Assembly (NCBI GenBank): GCA_000708835.1
Contig: DF236961.1
Span: 186,001 to 250,000, forward strand
Direction of reading: 5' to 3'
DNA from: Klebsormidium nitens
Lineage: Eukaryota > Plantae > Klebsormidiophyceae
Length of the DNA stretch: 64,000 nt
This document shows positions 49,168 to 61,842 of the stretch, piece after piece; position 1 is the first letter of the stretch; every line of letters begins with the position of its first letter. A program made the position numbers and the translations under genes. The notes below the pieces were generated by a model. It was not told the DNA's origin and searched no databases. It saw only the letters and a list, made by a program, of their open reading frames with translations.

Positions 49168-49290
49168 ACAAACTAAAAACCTAAACCCAAACTTAACACG
49201 CTCCGCACCGTACCCACCCTAAACCCCCAAACCAACCCCACCCGTCCCCCGGCCGGGCATAACTTAACTCAACAATATAGCCGCAACTCA
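49168..49290 (+). repeat. Dispersed C/A-rich repeat, copy 3
   Basis: aactaaaaacctaaacccaaacttaacacgctccgcaccgtacccaccctaaacccccaaaccaaccccacccgtcccccggccgggcat. Confidence 0.75.
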
Positions 49291-50167
49291 ACATAAAATC
49301 GAGACTACTCCAACGCAGGGGACAACTTTTGTCCCAGGGATGTGGGAGATTCTTGCTCATAGATTCACCAAAATTTTCAACCTGGCACCATTGATGATCG
49401 TCATTCAAGCAAAGCGATTGCAGTACAAGCAAGGCAATAAGCAGGCGCACTCGAAACGGCCAGAAAGATTTCATGCCGACCAATCTTTCAGTATGATGTG
49501 AAAACGTAGCGTTTGCTTTGCTTCTTTTCGTAATCTCTGAGTCGCCAAATAGCAGGAAGTTTTCTACGAGCACAGAGCGAAAAGCGCAGACTCTCACTAG
49601 TACAGTGTGTCAATCGGTCGTTGCGCATGGTCCCATAAGCAGCCGCCAAATCGGAGCAAAAAACGACTATAGCAGAGACCGGGAAGCAGCGCGCTGATTT
49701 AGAAGCAAGGAAACGTCAGAAAGACGAGAGAATGCGAGGTGGTACTTCCGACCAGCCATTTGGTCGGTCAGCACTTAGCGCATTCCCTATTAGGAAGTTG
49801 CAGAAGTCTATAAGGATCTTCTTATCATGACGTCAAAGTCGCCAGAGTTGCATTTGGAACTTGGTCATTGTAGAAACACTGGGTTGGTTCGCTTCGTTGG
49901 TGAAAATTTTCCAGCAGCAACAACGGCTGCCTTTCTATCGGTGGGCCCCACTTGGCTGACAGCTGGCTTTGAACACGTGACACAAGGAGATTGCCACTCA
50001 CTCTTTCAAGGCTCTTCTTGAAGTGCCTTTAGAAGTATCAGATTAAACGCTGAGGTCTGCGAGCTTCAACATACACACGAGCTGTAGACGCGAGCTTAAA
50101 AGAGGTTATTACAAGCTCCAAACAATACCCCGTTGCAGAGTTGAGGCATAATTAGAGTGCGCCAGCC

Positions 50168-53100
50168 ATGGCTTTTACCACCCGCTCAAAGCGTGACATC
50201 AGCGCACTCCCCGCGACGGAGACGGGCAAGAACATCGGCCCGGGGTCATATCTCAGCCCGTCGCACTACTCCGCAAAACCCAACCTCGCTCCCTTTTGCT
50301 CGTCACGCGACCGGGGAATCGCCCCGCCCACTGCCCGGGACAGTGTGAATACCCGCCAAATAAACCCCAGCTCCTCCGAGGAGCTCGCGCTCGGGGCCCG
50401 GGACTTTTCCATCGGGTCCTTCGGGGGGTATTCACACCCCTCACGTCCGAGCAGCAGTTTTGCTGAGGGGGTGTCGAGATTCGAGGATAGGCGACGGTCC
50501 TCTACCCCCGGACCGGGGGCGTATGGACAGCTGTCAACGCGGGATTGGTTCAAGGGGATCCCCCGGGCGCAGGGGGAGGGGCGGCGCCGGGCGGTGGTTT
50601 TCAAGCGGGCGGTGTCGGCGCCGTCGGTGCCGGCAAAGAATCAGAGCTTTGGGTATGACGAGGAAGAATCGGGGGAGCTGATTATGCAGGTGAGAGGGCT
50701 GGGTTTGCCGAACTAACGTGAGGAATGCGAGAGTTGATCTGGTACGCTGGGAGTATAATAGTGTTTGTGTAGGTTTGGTTTGGCCGGTTATGTGGCCACT
50801 GGTGAGAAGGAGCTTTATCCAGCTTACACTCACCTCCATTACTCATTGAATCATTGGATGTTTGAGCAACATTCGAGATGAGACATGAAGAAACTAGAGA
50901 GGAATGGAGACAGAGAGCGTTCCCAGATAACAAAACGAACGAAGAAGAGACGATGAAGCAACCAATCAAGCTTGTAACGTGTTCTCTAGAAAACCTAGTG
51001 AGCTGGCAACAGAATCATTTGCTTGACAACCGACCGCTCTCTTCGTTCCTCTCTGTAGGGGCCTCCACTACAAGAGGGCCACAGCGGTATTTCCGGGGAC
51101 CTTCCTGGACCGGGGGAATATGCCCCGAGGCCCGAACCTAGCGCCAAATTCACCTCGTTCAGCAGGACAGTAGGCCATCAACCGATCGTGGAGGAACGGT
51201 CGGCGAGCGCAATCCCCGGTAGGCTTTCTTTCTAGGCGTGGGATGTGAGCTTTGTCCTTAGTAACCTGAAGAAATTTCCAACTCACGTAGATGCCGAGTC
51301 CTCGAACGTAGGGCAGCTTTCTCGCGGTGGAATGAAGCCCTCGTTTGCCCTCTTGCTGCAACAATTGCTGAGCGACCTTTTGCAATAAAAACAGCCTGCT
51401 GTCGTCACGGATTTGTTTGGTGTTTGAGCATTGCAAGTGCCTCAGCCAAGCCTACATGCTTTCGTACGTCAGATCACGGTGCAAGCTTTGCGGCTGTTCT
51501 ATGCAGAACTCTTTTTGCTGGTATGTCATGCTGAGCTTATCCAGTCTGCGAGAAGAAGCCTGAAGCAAGGCAGTAGCGCACAGGGTTCCCTTTCGGCAGA
51601 ATAGTCTCGAGACACCAGACAAGCAGAAAGCTTCTGATCAGCAAGTAGAAGTCTACTTGACGCTGCCAAACGGCGGTAGCGCCAACATCGCCGCGCCAAA
51701 AACCGGAGTAATCAAGAATCTGCGGGCGGCAAGCAAGTTGCGATGAGTTGGGAACTAGATCCGACGGCAAACTTTCACCTGCTGAGGCCTTTTCATCCGG
51801 CAAGCAGGCCCCGGGTACTACGAGCGGTCGGTAGACAAGCGCTCGGAGAAGCGGCCCCAAACGAGCAGCGCCTTTGTGTCAAAGGTCCCCAAAGCGCACC
51901 AAGTGGCGGTGAAAGAAGAACGCTTGACACCAGGTCCGGGCCACTACGGCACTCTCGGACTCCAGGCGGAGAGGAGTGTCATTCGCAGCCCGACACCTTT
52001 TGGGAGGTGAGGGATAGTTGCGCTTTGGCGCCCGTGACTGCGAGTAGCGTTCTCTTCTCCCCCAATCAGAGGAGGCTTTTCGCGTCAAATCTCTGGAGCT
52101 TATGGCGTCAATCGAACCAGTTGAAAGCCAAGCTAATATTCAGGTTAGAAGTAAACGATTTGCTAACTACTGCCAGATTCGTTGGGAGCAACACTTCGGC
52201 GGTTTCGGCGCATCAACTCCTCTGGCCCAAGTTCAATATCACCCCCTCCCTACCAAAATCCTCCTTCAAGGGAAAAAGGCAGAACAATTTCTTGTGGACT
52301 ACCTTCCCCTCACCGGATCCTATTTCCTTTCAATTCTTCCAATGAGACTCCCTCCCCATAAGAGTAAACTCCTCCCCGCTCCTCAGTTCCGAGCGGCGCG
52401 CATACGAGATCGACGACAGCGCGCTCGTATCCGCGCCCACCATCTACATCACCCCGGGGCCGGGCGCTTATGACGTCAGCAGCGCGCCACGTGGCAGCAG
52501 CAAGAAGGCCCTGCCGGTCATCGTGCCGTTTGCGAGCACAGCGCCCAGGTAGATCCCTCACTCTTGCGTCCATCTTACATCCTGATTATCCGGATCTTTC
52601 TCTTTCGAAGCTTAAATGTGATGTATTGCATTTTCGAGAGCCCTAGAATCTTAATCACCCTCAGACCTCAATACTGGAGAAGCGAAACGCCCAGAGAAGA
52701 CAGTAGAATGTCTAGCTTGCTGAAACTGATGTTCTAGCGGGCGCCTCTAGAACCGGAAAAGAAAAGAAGCTGATACGTGGGAGTCTCAAAGCTGAAAACC
52801 TTCGAAGAGCAAAGCTGAAAACCTTCGAAGGTCAGATAACGACATCAGTGGACTGCCTGAAAGTTTCGGTGTAGCAAAGGGGTAGGACTAGACGGACGCG
52901 GTCAAATCTGACGGCAAGCTGACCGACCATGCTGCAAAAGAGCTCGTGAGAGAAAAGCAGTTGCTGTAATGAAGGGCAGAGTTTCAGGAGACCCGCTGAA
53001 ACTCAAGCGGTGCCATTCATAACGGAGAAGTGACGCCTCAGGTTCGAGAGAGTATAAAAATGCTCAGACCAGCTTCGACGTTTTCACAATAGGTACTCTT

Positions 53101-53946
53101 TTCCGACGAGTTTATCCTCTTCATCCGAGCCAAAACATTTCATGCAGGTTTGAGGAATTCGAGCCCGCCACCCCAGAGCCCGAGGCCGTCACGAACTCCA
53201 CCTCAAGTCCGCCGGAAAAGAAGAAACACAACGGAAAGTCAGCGGGCTTCCTGAGCACCGCCCAGCGCGGCCTGCTGGGGGATCCCCCCGACTCGGGCGA
53301 GACGGAGGCGCGGCTGCTCGATAGCGTATTCGGCGCGCTCGCGCGCAGCGCCCGCGAAACGGCGCGTCGAAGCCCCAAGAGGGACAAGCTGGTCTTGGTG
53401 CAATACAGGGATAACGGTTCGAAAAAGGTCCCGGTGGAGAGCGGGGGCCAGGGGCGGCCTGGGGTTAACGAAGGGTTTAGAAAACCGGGGTCCATGTTCG
53501 TTTCCAAGCTGCAACGGTTCTCGGAACCGAGACAGGTGGCCGAGTCTCCTGGGCCCGGGGAGTACCACCGGGACGAAAATTGGGTCAGACGTAACCGGCA
53601 AAACAACCAGGGGATTTTGCCGCCTCGGAGAGCGAGCTCGGCCGAACCTGGTTTCGAATCGACGGTCGCTCGCTTCGCTTCAACCCGAAAAGACGGGGTG
53701 AGCGTTCCGGGGCCGGGGGCTTACTACAGCCCCAGCAGTTTCGTCGAATATAAGGGCGCGATGTCGGAGCTCCATAAGCTGGCGTTAAGCAAGCGGGAGT
53801 CACTGTGGGGGACTAGTGGAAGGTTCGCGGACCGGACCAATAGCTGGACGCCCGGGCCGGGCGCTTATGAGGCGCGGGACCCGTATGGATCGGTGGTCAA
53901 GAAGACGTTCAACGTTACCTTGGATGCACCCAAAGATATAACGTAA
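50168..53946 (+). CDS. Sperm-tail PG-rich (SHIPPO) repeat protein, STPG/ODF3-like, probably ciliary
   Basis: Exons 50168-50689, 51059-51218, 51808-52006, 52387-52548, 53148-53946 join in phase. Nine (P)GPGxY repeats, several preceded by F.S..R-type motifs. Confidence 0.82.
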
Positions 53947-55122
53947 TCTTTAAAACGCCGTTTGACAAGTACAAAAAGAGCCACGCTCGCATCCCCGCAA
54001 ACGTTGCAGTCTGTAAGTCTTTAGGTGGGTCAAGGCTGTTTTAGTCACATGTTCCAAGTGTACGGTATTGGTCGCACAGACAGGTTTGCTGGTCGATTTT
54101 GATCAGAAGGCCTCTGTCAAGCTGAACGTTATCATGGAGTGATCTGAGTTTATTCCGTTCTTCATCTGGGCTTTTTTCAACCCTCGTTTACATTGAATCA
54201 TCAAAGTTCAAATCGCATCGACCTCAATGGCAGTATTCTGGAAGAATAAAGCACGATCGAACATCACGTACAATCTTTTTGCAGCATACGCATGCGGAAT
54301 GGCAACTGGACTCAGACTCGTTGAGCATGCGGCACAGATCAAAATTGTTTGGTTGGACAGATAAAAGCTCCTTCATAACCCGTTTACAAGGCGGATATAT
54401 ATGCACCGACTTTGTCGACCTCTCTCCTCTTCATCTACTCACTTCTCCACTTTGACGCTCAACCCACATTTGACTTGCTCCGCATCTGCCCCGTCTCCCG
54501 ATATCAACTGTTTAATCTACAAAGATTCTCTCTCTCGCAGCTTCGATGCAAATCCAGTGGAAGCTTGACGAGCTTTCACGTAACTGCTCTAATAGCTCCA
54601 ATGTAGACAAGAAATAAAAAACAATGTTACAAATCTATGACACCCTTCTGACCCCGCATATTCAAGGGCTGATTGACTTCTCGCGCGGCACATTCTCTCG
54701 GTCCTTTTGGACATCAGAGCGAGCTCTTACACCGTTATTGCTTCGCATAGCATAACCACCCTTCCCGTTAGTTTGGCGCGGCGCCAGTCAGCCGTATGCA
54801 AAACCCACATATTGCACCCGAATATGCACATAAGCTATTGGAGACGTTCCTGAGAACATCTAAAACCCAAGTTGGAGGGAACTTCTGGCAAGGAAACCCG
54901 GTTAAGTGTCTGCCGTTTTGACGTCCCACTTATGAGAAGGGGCTGATGAGGAATTCCCCAAGTGAGGTGCTGTGCGGGCCCCAAACACGTATAAGGCGGT
55001 AAGTATCAGTTGGTGACGTCATCAGGGCGTTTGCCTGACGTCATGGCAGTAGCGAGGCAACGGGTCAAGATTGTGTTAGCTCAGGTTCGCAGTCAAGTGG
55101 AAGGACGCAAACTCGTGGGACC

Positions 55123-58100
55123 TTAGATGCCGCGGGGGAGCTGCAGAGAAACAGAACCAGAATCAGCTTTTCCGTGTTCTGTTCAGGTTTAATTTTGTTG
55201 ATGATAAATCAAACAGTTTGTAACGACTGTGAGAATAGGCTGCCTCTGTTTCTTCCCGCAGCTTGCCGTAAGCGTGAAGATTGGACTCGAAGAAAGGCTT
55301 TTACTAGAAGCAACAGCCAGAAACGATCCCGGAATCTTTGAGCTTCCCTTCTCAGCAGCAGGACTCTCAAATAACCAGACTCGGACCAGCAGAACTTACA
55401 GTTTCAAACACTTACCTGTCCACGTGGCGCAAAGCGCGTTGCCGCGACGCTCGTCGGTACCAGGCACAGCCCCCGGTCGTGCAGAAACTGGACCGCCTCC
55501 CCGGGCGCCGTTTTTAGCAGGTGCAGCAGCCCGGTAGCCACCCCGGGATCCTGTAACCGGGGGAGTATTTGCCTCCCTTATTGAAATGACATGTTCCAAA
55601 ACAGGTAAGGCATTTCATTCGGGATCCTATCGGCTGAAACCCTTACCAGGATGACCGCGTTGATCGCTTTGACCGAAATCGAAACTTGGGCGACTAACCC
55701 CCTACTATCCCCAGCAGATTCCCTGCTTCAAAAACGACACATCCATACCCCCATACTAAACCCTTCATCGCACAACTTCCAAGGGGGAGGACATTCTAGT
55801 TTGATTTAGGCCGGGCGGATCAAACTCCACTCGAACGCTGCGAACTTATGTTCCGCACCGTCGGATGGAATGTTGTCCGTCGTGAACGGTCTGAATTGCA
55901 CCTCTGAGTCTCCCAAGGGCATTCACTTCACAGTTACAGGGGAAGGTATTGAAGTAGAGCACCAACAACTGGTTAGCAAAAGTGACTGCAAAAATGACTG
56001 CAAAAAAACCCAGCCTAACGCAGCCCCTTAACGGCTGCTTGCCCGGACCCAAAACCCTCAGTGGGGGTCTGAAGCTGACCCTTTGGAGGGCCCGGTTCTG
56101 ATAGAAGCAGCCCTTTGGCAGTTACAGTAGTAGATGGGACAAATGAAAGGAAGGTTGCCTGGGCTTTTCGTCCTAGGTCTATTCGAGTTACCCCGACTCA
56201 ACAATACCAAAAACTCAAACCCGGAGTTGACATGCTCCGTACCCAGTACCCGCTCTGTTGAAACCCCCAGACCAACCCCAACCGTCCCCTGGGCATTGCC
56301 TGACTCAATGTAGCCGTCGCTCAGTACGTACCTTTGAATTGGGGAAAGGGTTTCAAGTGTATTTCCTTGAAGTCCTCATTAAGGTGTGGGGCACGCTAGT
56401 GCCACCAATGGAATCACTCCCTCTCCGGGAGTGGAATAGAAATCTCTAGAAACCTATTCGAAAAATGGTAGAAAACGAGAGTAACCTGTCCAGGATGTGG
56501 TAACCGGCTGGCGAGGCCTTTTGCGACTTCGGGCAGACCGCCCGGGAGCCCAACGTCGGCCGCCGGGGCACCGTTCGCGCCCATTCGCAGGAGCTGCGAG
56601 TCGAGGGTTGGGTTCAAAAACAGGTTTTAGGCTGGGTTAGCGTGCGAAGTTATAGTCCACATTCGTGTAACGACGTAAAGACCGCAAGAGGAAGGAGCGG
56701 GGGGCCTCGGGGGCGCGGCAGCCCCCCCGATCTTAGGTGTAATAAAAAGGGCGGGGAACCGCGCAAAACGTCTCACTGAGCACATGTGAAGGGACTGCAG
56801 AATTCGCGAACGAGCTCAAACAAAAGACCACATATGCAAAGTGACTGCTGAACATTTAAAAGGTGCTCCCTCGATTTCGTAAGAACAAACAGATGGCTCG
56901 CCTTTTCAATCTCAACGACGTAAGGAAACCGGTGATCCTACGATAGTTGAGGAGATAGGAGAGCCTGTCGCAAAGAAGAATATTTCACGAGAACTTATCC
57001 AGACCCGCGGAAACGGTCCAATCGTAATTCAACACAACAACTGTGCGATAAGTACGGATCAGCGGCACTGGACGACGATAGGCATCGCCGATTCCATGAA
57101 CGTCAGTCACCGGGAAAGACCGGCTGACTTACGGCTCCAATAACGTCAAGGTTCAACCTTCCCCATCGAAGCAGCGCCCGTTTTCGCATTTCATCAGTTC
57201 TCCAACTTCAGGCGGGGAAAACGTTTCAAGGATGGGAAACTGAAGGCGTTGCGGTGCTCACGTGCACTAGCAACTGCACCGACTTGACGTACTCGACAAT
57301 CTCGAGAACAGAGCTCGCCGCACCCGCTTACCGGTGATCCTCCGCGATCGTGGCAGCTTTCATTGCCAACTTCATTCAGCGAAACCGTAACAGGCTAACC
57401 AAAGGCGTTGCGGCGCTCACTTGCACTTGCAGCTGCAGGACTTTGACGTACTTGACAATCACAAATAATAAGCTACCGACCATCGACGATCAAATGTCAG
57501 TGGAAATCGTAGCCGCCCTCCTTCTTAACTTTAAACAACAAGAACGTTGAGGATTGAGAATAAAGCGTTTTGAGCCGCTCACTTGCTTTCGCAGCTGCAA
57601 AATGTTGACTTGCTCGACGATCTCAATCGAAAGCCTATCCGCAATCGAAGGCAGCTTTCTTTCCCGAACAAGCCGAAAAGCGTTGCGCTGCTCAATTGCA
57701 CACTTGCATTATCAGGAACTCGACGTACTCCACGATCTCGATCACAAACCCTCCTGCACAACCGGCGATCAAATATTGGACATCGTAGCTTTCTCAACTT
57801 CGATCACTCTGAAAGTTAAGGATGGGGAACAAAGCGCTTCGAGCCGCTCACTTGCACTTGCATCTGCAGGAACTTGACGTACTCGACGATCTTGGCCAGC
57901 ATGGACGTCTTGTCGAACGCCATGCGCTGCGGGACCAGCGCGCGCAGCTCGTCCATGCGCGCCGCGATGCGCTCGCGCCGCTCCTGGAGATTGGCGGGTT
58001 TAGAAGCTTTTACCGAAACCGTGCGGGAAGACTGTTCACTAGAAAAGCTATTTTCCTCTAACTTATATTTAGAACGAAGCTTACACTGAAGTTGCTTTCT

Positions 58101-60767
58101 TAACCCCCTTACCAAACGCACATGTCCCACTTTTCTTACTTGAGCTTACCTCAAATGATTGCTTGTAAGCCGGAGAGAAAAGAAGACCGAGAAGCAGGCG
58201 GGGCTGACTGATGCGAACAATGAACTGGCGACCGTCGTCCGAACAGGGCATGGCGCAATTGAGTGAATAGCAAAGCGACATCTCAATATCGCGGCTCTCA
58301 AAAGGAAGCTGGAGCCACTCCTTTTTGAAGGAGCGAAGTTACACTGACCGTTACAAGAGTTCGAAAGCTCTCAAGCGCGCGGCGACATATGGGGCTGGTC
58401 ATACAGATAGATCTTTTCCGTGTTTTGAGGGTACTTTACTGGAGAATATCAAAAATCACGAAGGATGTATGATATCTAGCACAATGAATCCTCTTGATGA
58501 GGGAGGCAGTGGGAAAGAAAGTAAAGTCTCAGATTACGCATTCCTCTTCGCTCACCCGCTCAGACACGCTCCGCCTTTCCGTCGCACACCCTCTCTTCGC
58601 TCTCATCTTTATCGGGATCGGGGCGACCATAGCAGGCTTGGCACCCTCTGTACGTGTCGCCCGTTGCGCCGCTTGGCTCTCGGAAGGAAACCCCGGGCTC
58701 GTGGCTTCCGCTCCCGGCGTATTCACACTATGTCTGAACGCCGGCGTTACCGAACGGGGAAGACAACCGAGGGCCTCCAGACCCGGCAATGTGAACTGCT
58801 CTGTGTCCGGTTCCGTCAACAGAGAGACGTAACGCTGCGAAAGAGGGAAATGCGATCGGAAATGTTTCAGAGTTTCGCGTCAATCCTCTCGTACTCGTTC
58901 ACTTTTCAGAGCCGAGAAGAATACGCGGCGGGTGAAGGGGATCGAATCCGTATTTGTTGGTTTTGTTGTGCTTTAATTTCCTAAGCTCAAGAAAGTGTTC
59001 AGTCGTTCCAAACTGTCACTCAAGCGATTCTAATGCTTACCGTCTGCGGAGAATCTTCTGCTTCCAGAGACGGCAGCGCGCTTCGTCTTTGTTTTTTGGC
59101 GGGTCGATCCTCTGCTGCTGCCGGTCTCCCTCTCGTGGATTCCGCCGGAAAGACGAACTCAAACGGAGTCCTTTCGGCGAACAGTGGCTCCTTCTGGAAG
59201 GTTTGAGGAGTCGCCGGCTGCGGGAACGAACGAGAGGCTTCATTGTTGAATACAGGCCTTCAAGAATGTTAAAGCAGATATGTTCAAGTCGTTCAAAAAA
59301 GAGTTGTTGAAGGAGCCTCTGGAAAGACGAAACTTTGTACTGAATCTCAGGACTGTCAAGCAACCTCAAGGGTTGGACCTAACCAAACAATGTTCAAGGC
59401 GTAGAGTTTTTTGAAGAAGATGTTCACAGGAAAAATGTTGAGCAAAAGCTGTTATTCGTCGAATGGTGAAGCAGAGAGTACGGAACTTCGTGATTCTCTA
59501 TGGCAGCGGACAATCAGGACCCTCGTTGCTCAAGCGAGCTTGAAAAAGATACGTGATTCTATCAAAGCAGAGTTTGCGCGATTAAATGGACTTGTGGCAC
59601 GGAATGAAGAAGCATCTTGAGCCAAGGAATTAAGCGGGAGGCGAGTAAGCAAGGAAGCGAGTAATCATAGATACCATGTTCACCGCCAAAAGCAGGGATT
59701 CCCCAAGCAAACTGAAACATCTTCTTTCAGCATCTCGAGTTTCGTCCCCATGAGGCTGAGTGAGCTACTCTACGTTCGCCTTGAGGTTGGTTTCTGCTCA
59801 CCTGAGACAGGCTCGTACCTCCTGAAAGCCCGTGATGCAGTCTTTCCAGATTCTCACTTAGCGTCTTCTCCAGGAGGCCTCGTCGCTGCACGCCACGTGG
59901 CGCTCCCTGAGAGCGCACGCCAGGCGGCCTCAAACCTGACGCACTTTGGGACGCTTCGCTCGCATCCGTTATCCCGCTTTCTGCTGCGGCACCGACTCCT
60001 CTCGGGAAAAGGAATTGAGCGCTTGTAGAAGTTGGGGTGGCGTTTTTCCCTACTGATTCTGCGGCAGACATCAGGCTTAGAAACGTTGGGCTTAATTCAG
60101 GGACCTCGCTCTGCTCCTCCTCAGGTCTTGGTGATGGGGGAAAGGGATACTGGAAAGACAGGCGTGTCTGCGTCCCCCCCACCGAAATAGACGATCTAGG
60201 GGGGGCCCGAGCAGGCGTTTCACCTCCGTGCGTTGGAGGGGGGCTGAACAAAAGCTGGGTCAAGACCGGGTCGTCTGTACCGAGCAGCGTTTGCCCCCCC
60301 GGGTCCTGCTGTGCGCTCTGCTCAATCTGGAACGTGAAGTCCTCCGGGGGGGCAAAGTTTGCCTGCTGCAAGTGCCCCCCTTGCTGCGCACCTTGGCGAG
60401 GGGGTTGTTTCAAGCGGGGCGAAAAGCTCAAGGGTCGCCCCTGCTCGAAGATCTCACGAACGCCCTTGACATAGCTCTTCCTCAGGTCGTGTTTGTACTG
60501 GTCCAGGGCTGTCAAGAATGCTGGATCCTCGTTGGAGTACAGCACGCCTTTGAGCTCCTCAAAGAGATTGTTGATTTCATTGGTAGAGAGCGGGGTCGTA
60601 GTGACTGGGGGTTCACGGGGTGAAAGTTGCTGACTGCTTGACTTTGAAGGTTCTGACATCTGTCCTGTGTGTCCTGGCAGGAGCGCCAAGAAGAAGGACG
60701 GGCATGAGCTTAATTCTGAGGAAGTCTGCGCTTTTGGGGGCTTCCTGAGAATCTTTATGATGCTCAT
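55123..60767 (-). CDS. LRL: LRL-type bHLH transcription factor, paralogue 3 (divergent basic region)
   Basis: Exons 60767-59802, 59217-59041, 58834-58556, 57983-57852, 56593-56486, 55550-55416, 55140-55123. bHLH: RAKRGCATERRSVSER|ERRERIAARMDELRALVPQRMAFDKTSMLAKIVEYVKFLQMQVQ|LL. LRL domain: LLKTAPGEAVQFLHDRGLCLVPTSVA. The start codon and last exon are less certain. Confidence 0.85.
56205..56325 (+). repeat. Dispersed C/A-rich repeat, copy 4 (in an LRL3 intron)
   Basis: aaaactcaaacccggagttgacatgctccgtacc..aaacccccagaccaaccccaaccgtcccctgggcat aligns with the 49168 copy. Confidence 0.7.
56681..56729 (+). repeat. Short dispersed repeat, copy 2, with a GC hairpin
   Basis: accgcaagaggaaggagcgggggg is identical to 23347-23370 and is followed by the stem-loop gggggc-gcggca-gccccc. 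Confidence 0.7.
57243..57851 (-). repeat. Tandem degenerate copies of the LRL3 bHLH helix-2 exon end plus donor (4 units, about 120-160 bp period)
   Basis: Minus-strand units translate IVEYVEFLIMQVCN (about 57678-57743), IVEQVNILQLRKQ|VS (57562-57626), IVKYVKVLQLQVQ|VS (57401-57462) and IVEYVKSVQLLVH|VS (57243-57306), vs functional IVEYVKFLQMQVQ|gtgagc. Confidence 0.9.
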
Positions 60768-61842
60768 CTACACAACTCAGGTGTAGCTTCACTCAATACG
60801 TATGCTTCTTCAAGCTGTGATGGACCAACAAGCGCAGTGATCCACAGAGCTCTATGTACGTCTAGCCTGCGGGGGGTCCTAAAAAATCACGGGGCAGAGC
60901 GGCGGGCACCTCTATGAGAGATCTAGCATTACTTCAGTTGCCCATCTGACTCGTAGACGCTAACAACAGATGCCAATCGGCTATCTCAGGGTGGCAGGTT
61001 CACCACTCAGTGATACTCTGAAACAAAAAGCGATAGCTTGCTCACCTGCGCCTCATTGCCTTGAACGGCACAATACAATTTATTCAGCTAGGTACCTGCC
61101 TTTTCTCAAGATTCAATCTACAATACAATGTGTTCTTCCGAAGCTTCTCATATCGACAACTCACTAAGTTAGACCTTTCTCACGAGGAAGAGATCAACTG
61201 TCCATTTAGGTACATCTCCTGAGTCTCCTGACCCAATGAAAAGCACCTGGATTCCCATGTGCGTCCAGGTGGCTCGACTTGCTCCTATTTGTAACCGTCA
61301 GCTGCCGTCACATGGGCGTCATGATGACCAATTAGCCGCTGACTCAGCCGCGGACCTGGAGCTGCACGTGCGGTATTGGCCATCGAACCCGCGGCCGGGC
61401 CGCGCTGCCGGGGTTTTACCTGAGATTCCGCTCACTGGCAAGCCTGATTCTTGCGCGGAACTCTTCAAAGAGAACGGCAAGATGACGCCTTTCGTATCCG
61501 TTCGATCGTAATATTCAAGATCGGACGTTTAACAACAGGCAGCTTGAGCTGCTTCTTCGAGCGGTCCAATTTGCAAAAGCAGGAGGATCGACGGTGTGAG
61601 AGATGTTGCTTCTCGAAACGTCTCTGTTCATGTCCGACCATTTTGTGTACCTAGGTACTCGGTATGCAATGGCTTTCATGCACAGCTGACAGAAAACACC
61701 TTTGTTGGTGGCGCCTTGCAAGGTTTTGGCAAAAAAGGAGCACTTCGTGAGGTTGGTAGTTTGCATTGCACGGGTGCTCCCATTGATTGGTGCGTATTTG
61801 CCCGTCTACAAAGAAGGGTTTGACCCGCCTTGAAGTAGTGTG

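Noticed and set aside
52788-52830. 23-bp direct tandem repeat aaagctgaaaaccttcgaag in an STPG intron
   Set aside because: Ordinary local duplication that does not span a splice site; no further structure.
58325-58984. 219-aa plus-strand ORF
   Set aside because: Antisense to the LRL3 basic-region exon; no domain features.
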